From positions 70,184,001 through 70,248,000 of the forward strand of contig OZ260666.1 in assembly GCA_965285935.1 (NCBI GenBank): 64,000 nucleotides of DNA. The letters are read 5' to 3'. This DNA comes from Ophelia neglecta (lineage: Eukaryota). Every line of letters begins with the position of its first letter. The first letter of the stretch is position 1. The notes under the pieces are model-generated. The model was not told the origin of the DNA. It ran no database searches and saw nothing but the letters and a program-made list of their open reading frames with translations. Shown here in pieces: positions 61,906 to 64,000 of this stretch. The position numbers and the translations under genes are program-made.

Positions 61906-63420
61906 TACATATTTTTGTCTTAGTAAATATGATCCAGTTACTCAATCAATCAATATTTTCTTGACGGTATATAGCATAACGAGACTATATATACTGATTG
62001 AATAAACCTATGTTGGCTTCTGTACACATTCAATATATGTATTTTGTTTGCATGTTGCCATGAACACTTAAGATATAAAACCTCTTAATACATATTACTT
62101 CAAAAGGACGTAGAAGCTTCTCACTGTGCTGCACAGTGATGGTGAGTGTGGAACGATTGAGCTGACACGTTTTGAAAGGCAATCCCATTAATACTATCAA
62201 TCGCAGCTAGACAAATAATGAGCTACGTGCAGCCCGTAATGACTGCTGATCTTTTTTCAATAAGAAGCTATGCCCGTATTTGTGCTTTTCTTTTCATACT
62301 CATTCTGTGGGGGCACACAAAAGTAATGCGTCTACTTCCTTATTGATACAACTGCCAAAAAAAATCAATATTGAGCTAAATATTTCATTTAGTACGCCCT
62401 CTATAAATATATTGGCCTTAGAAAGGGCATTGCCCTGAGGCCGAGTATCAACGCTTGATGTATGAAGTAGGTCAAAGGGCATTCTATAGTGTTCATACAA
62501 ATCGTCTTCTATGCATAGAAGTCAATACTTTAAATGTCATTAGACGGTATAAAAGTTTTAGTATTTGTGGAGAAAATTTTCAGTATGATGACGTCGTGAC
62601 AGCTCATAAAAGTTAGTATTGAATATTTTCAAGAAAGGGGTTTAAGAACTTACCAAATGTCTGTGCGGCATCAATAACTCCTATTAATTCCTTTCTGGCG
62701 TATTCGGCCAATAAGATAATGTGTCCAATCTATTATTATTTGGTTTTATATTCGTTCGTGATATTGAACTTTGCCGAATCCATGAAACACGAATCACCGA
62801 TTTCTATCTGTCAACACTAGTTCCTTTGACGACACGTGAAATACACCGAATTCCTAACTTTGATATTCACACCTTGCCCGCTCTTTACTTCAGGTTGATA
62901 GTCTGCAAGCAAAAGAAAAGTGAAAAACGAGCCTGGTTTCACGGCTGACAATGCAAATCTATTTAAAATAAACTATCCATTAAATAAGTAGAAACTAAAG
63001 AGGAACCAACAGTTGCATAACAACAATATTCAATCCCCCACATTCCTAACTTTATATTGAAAATGACAATGATTTTATAGGTCTAACGGTACAATCAGGT
63101 ACAGAACCTGTTCTACAAGGTGTAAGGACCAAATAATATAATTTTTAACATACATTTGCACTATATTAAGGTAGACTGCGGCTTCCTTCTGTTAGTCATG
63201 CATAGAAGGGTCAAGCAATATTAAGTTACATTCACGATAATTGACTTTTGCCGTGTAGCCTGAGGAACATCTTAAAAAATAGTTAGGAGTATTTTGATTT
63301 GAAGCTTGAATGATTGTCAGACACACGACTTATAATGAATGACAAATTCAGCAGTCTCAGTTAGCTTGGTACGGAATTGCAATAATAACACACTTACAGA
63401 CTTGTGAGTCAGGACTCACG

Positions 63421-63509
63421 GGGTATGTGTGTGGGGGGGAGTGGAGGGGGGGGGGCTGAGGGGTGGGTGTGTGTGCGGGTGGGGTGGGGGGGTGGGGGGT
63501 GGGGGGGGG
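63421..63509 (+). repeat. G-rich (G/GT) tract with G-quadruplex potential
   Basis: More than ten runs of three or more G within 90 bp. Confidence 0.85.
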
Positions 63510-64000
63510 ATGATTCTTAATGAAATACGCGACTTGTTTGATTTAAACAACCAAAGCGCAGTTAATTGAATGTTTAGATGCTTGTTCCTGTTTAAACTTT
63601 AAAATTAATTCTTGTTACTGAACGCTTTACTGAATCGTCGTATCCCATCATATCTCCCAACATCTGCTACTGAGAACTATATTATAATTATTCAGGATAA
63701 TCGAACTTCTAACACTAATTAATTCTTAATCTCCTCACTATTGAAATAGGGCGTCCGTACTAATTATAAAAAATAGGACTGCAGCAATAGGTATCAACTG
63801 AAGACAAACTAATTAACGAAGCAATATCCTTTTACTTTGACTTAAACTTTTCAATCTGAATATAAGGTGTTATGTGTTATTATAAGGTCTATTTTAAGAG
63901 GTGAAAAATGAACTTTATTGAGTTAATCAATTCCACAAATGCTGATTATATACGCCTGTACGGCCGATGAAAGTCCGGAAATTCCCTTGCCCATGACTCC

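Noticed and set aside
199-62948. Remaining 60-116-aa ORFs in the track
   Set aside because: Lengths and composition match random expectation for AT-rich non-coding DNA; no domains recognised and no consistent exon chain on either strand.

Overview
AT-rich (by eye roughly 35-40% GC), apparently animal (invertebrate-type, inferred from the repeat complement) intergenic or intronic DNA. I could not identify a host protein-coding gene, RNA gene, CRISPR array or operon. The only long ORF (17667-18977, -) is the uninterrupted 3' half of a 5'-truncated non-LTR retrotransposon (RT YADD motif plus C-terminal CCHC finger, RTE-X-like). It has an AATAAA followed by a (CCTTA)n tail and a candidate GGTAAG target-site duplication. 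The rest is a graveyard of repeats: four same-orientation copies of a TA-flanked CAGT...ACTG MITE plus one relative, a near-perfect 393-bp tandem duplication, two neighbouring minisatellites (one with a higher-order structure), a decayed CR1/L2-type LINE, a tRNA-derived SINE head, several weak coding relics (AP endonuclease, LTR pol, Tc1) and at least five old interspersed repeat families with 2-5 copies each. I did not find a convincing previously undescribed biological system; the findings are modest leads, and the coordinates of decayed relics are approximate.
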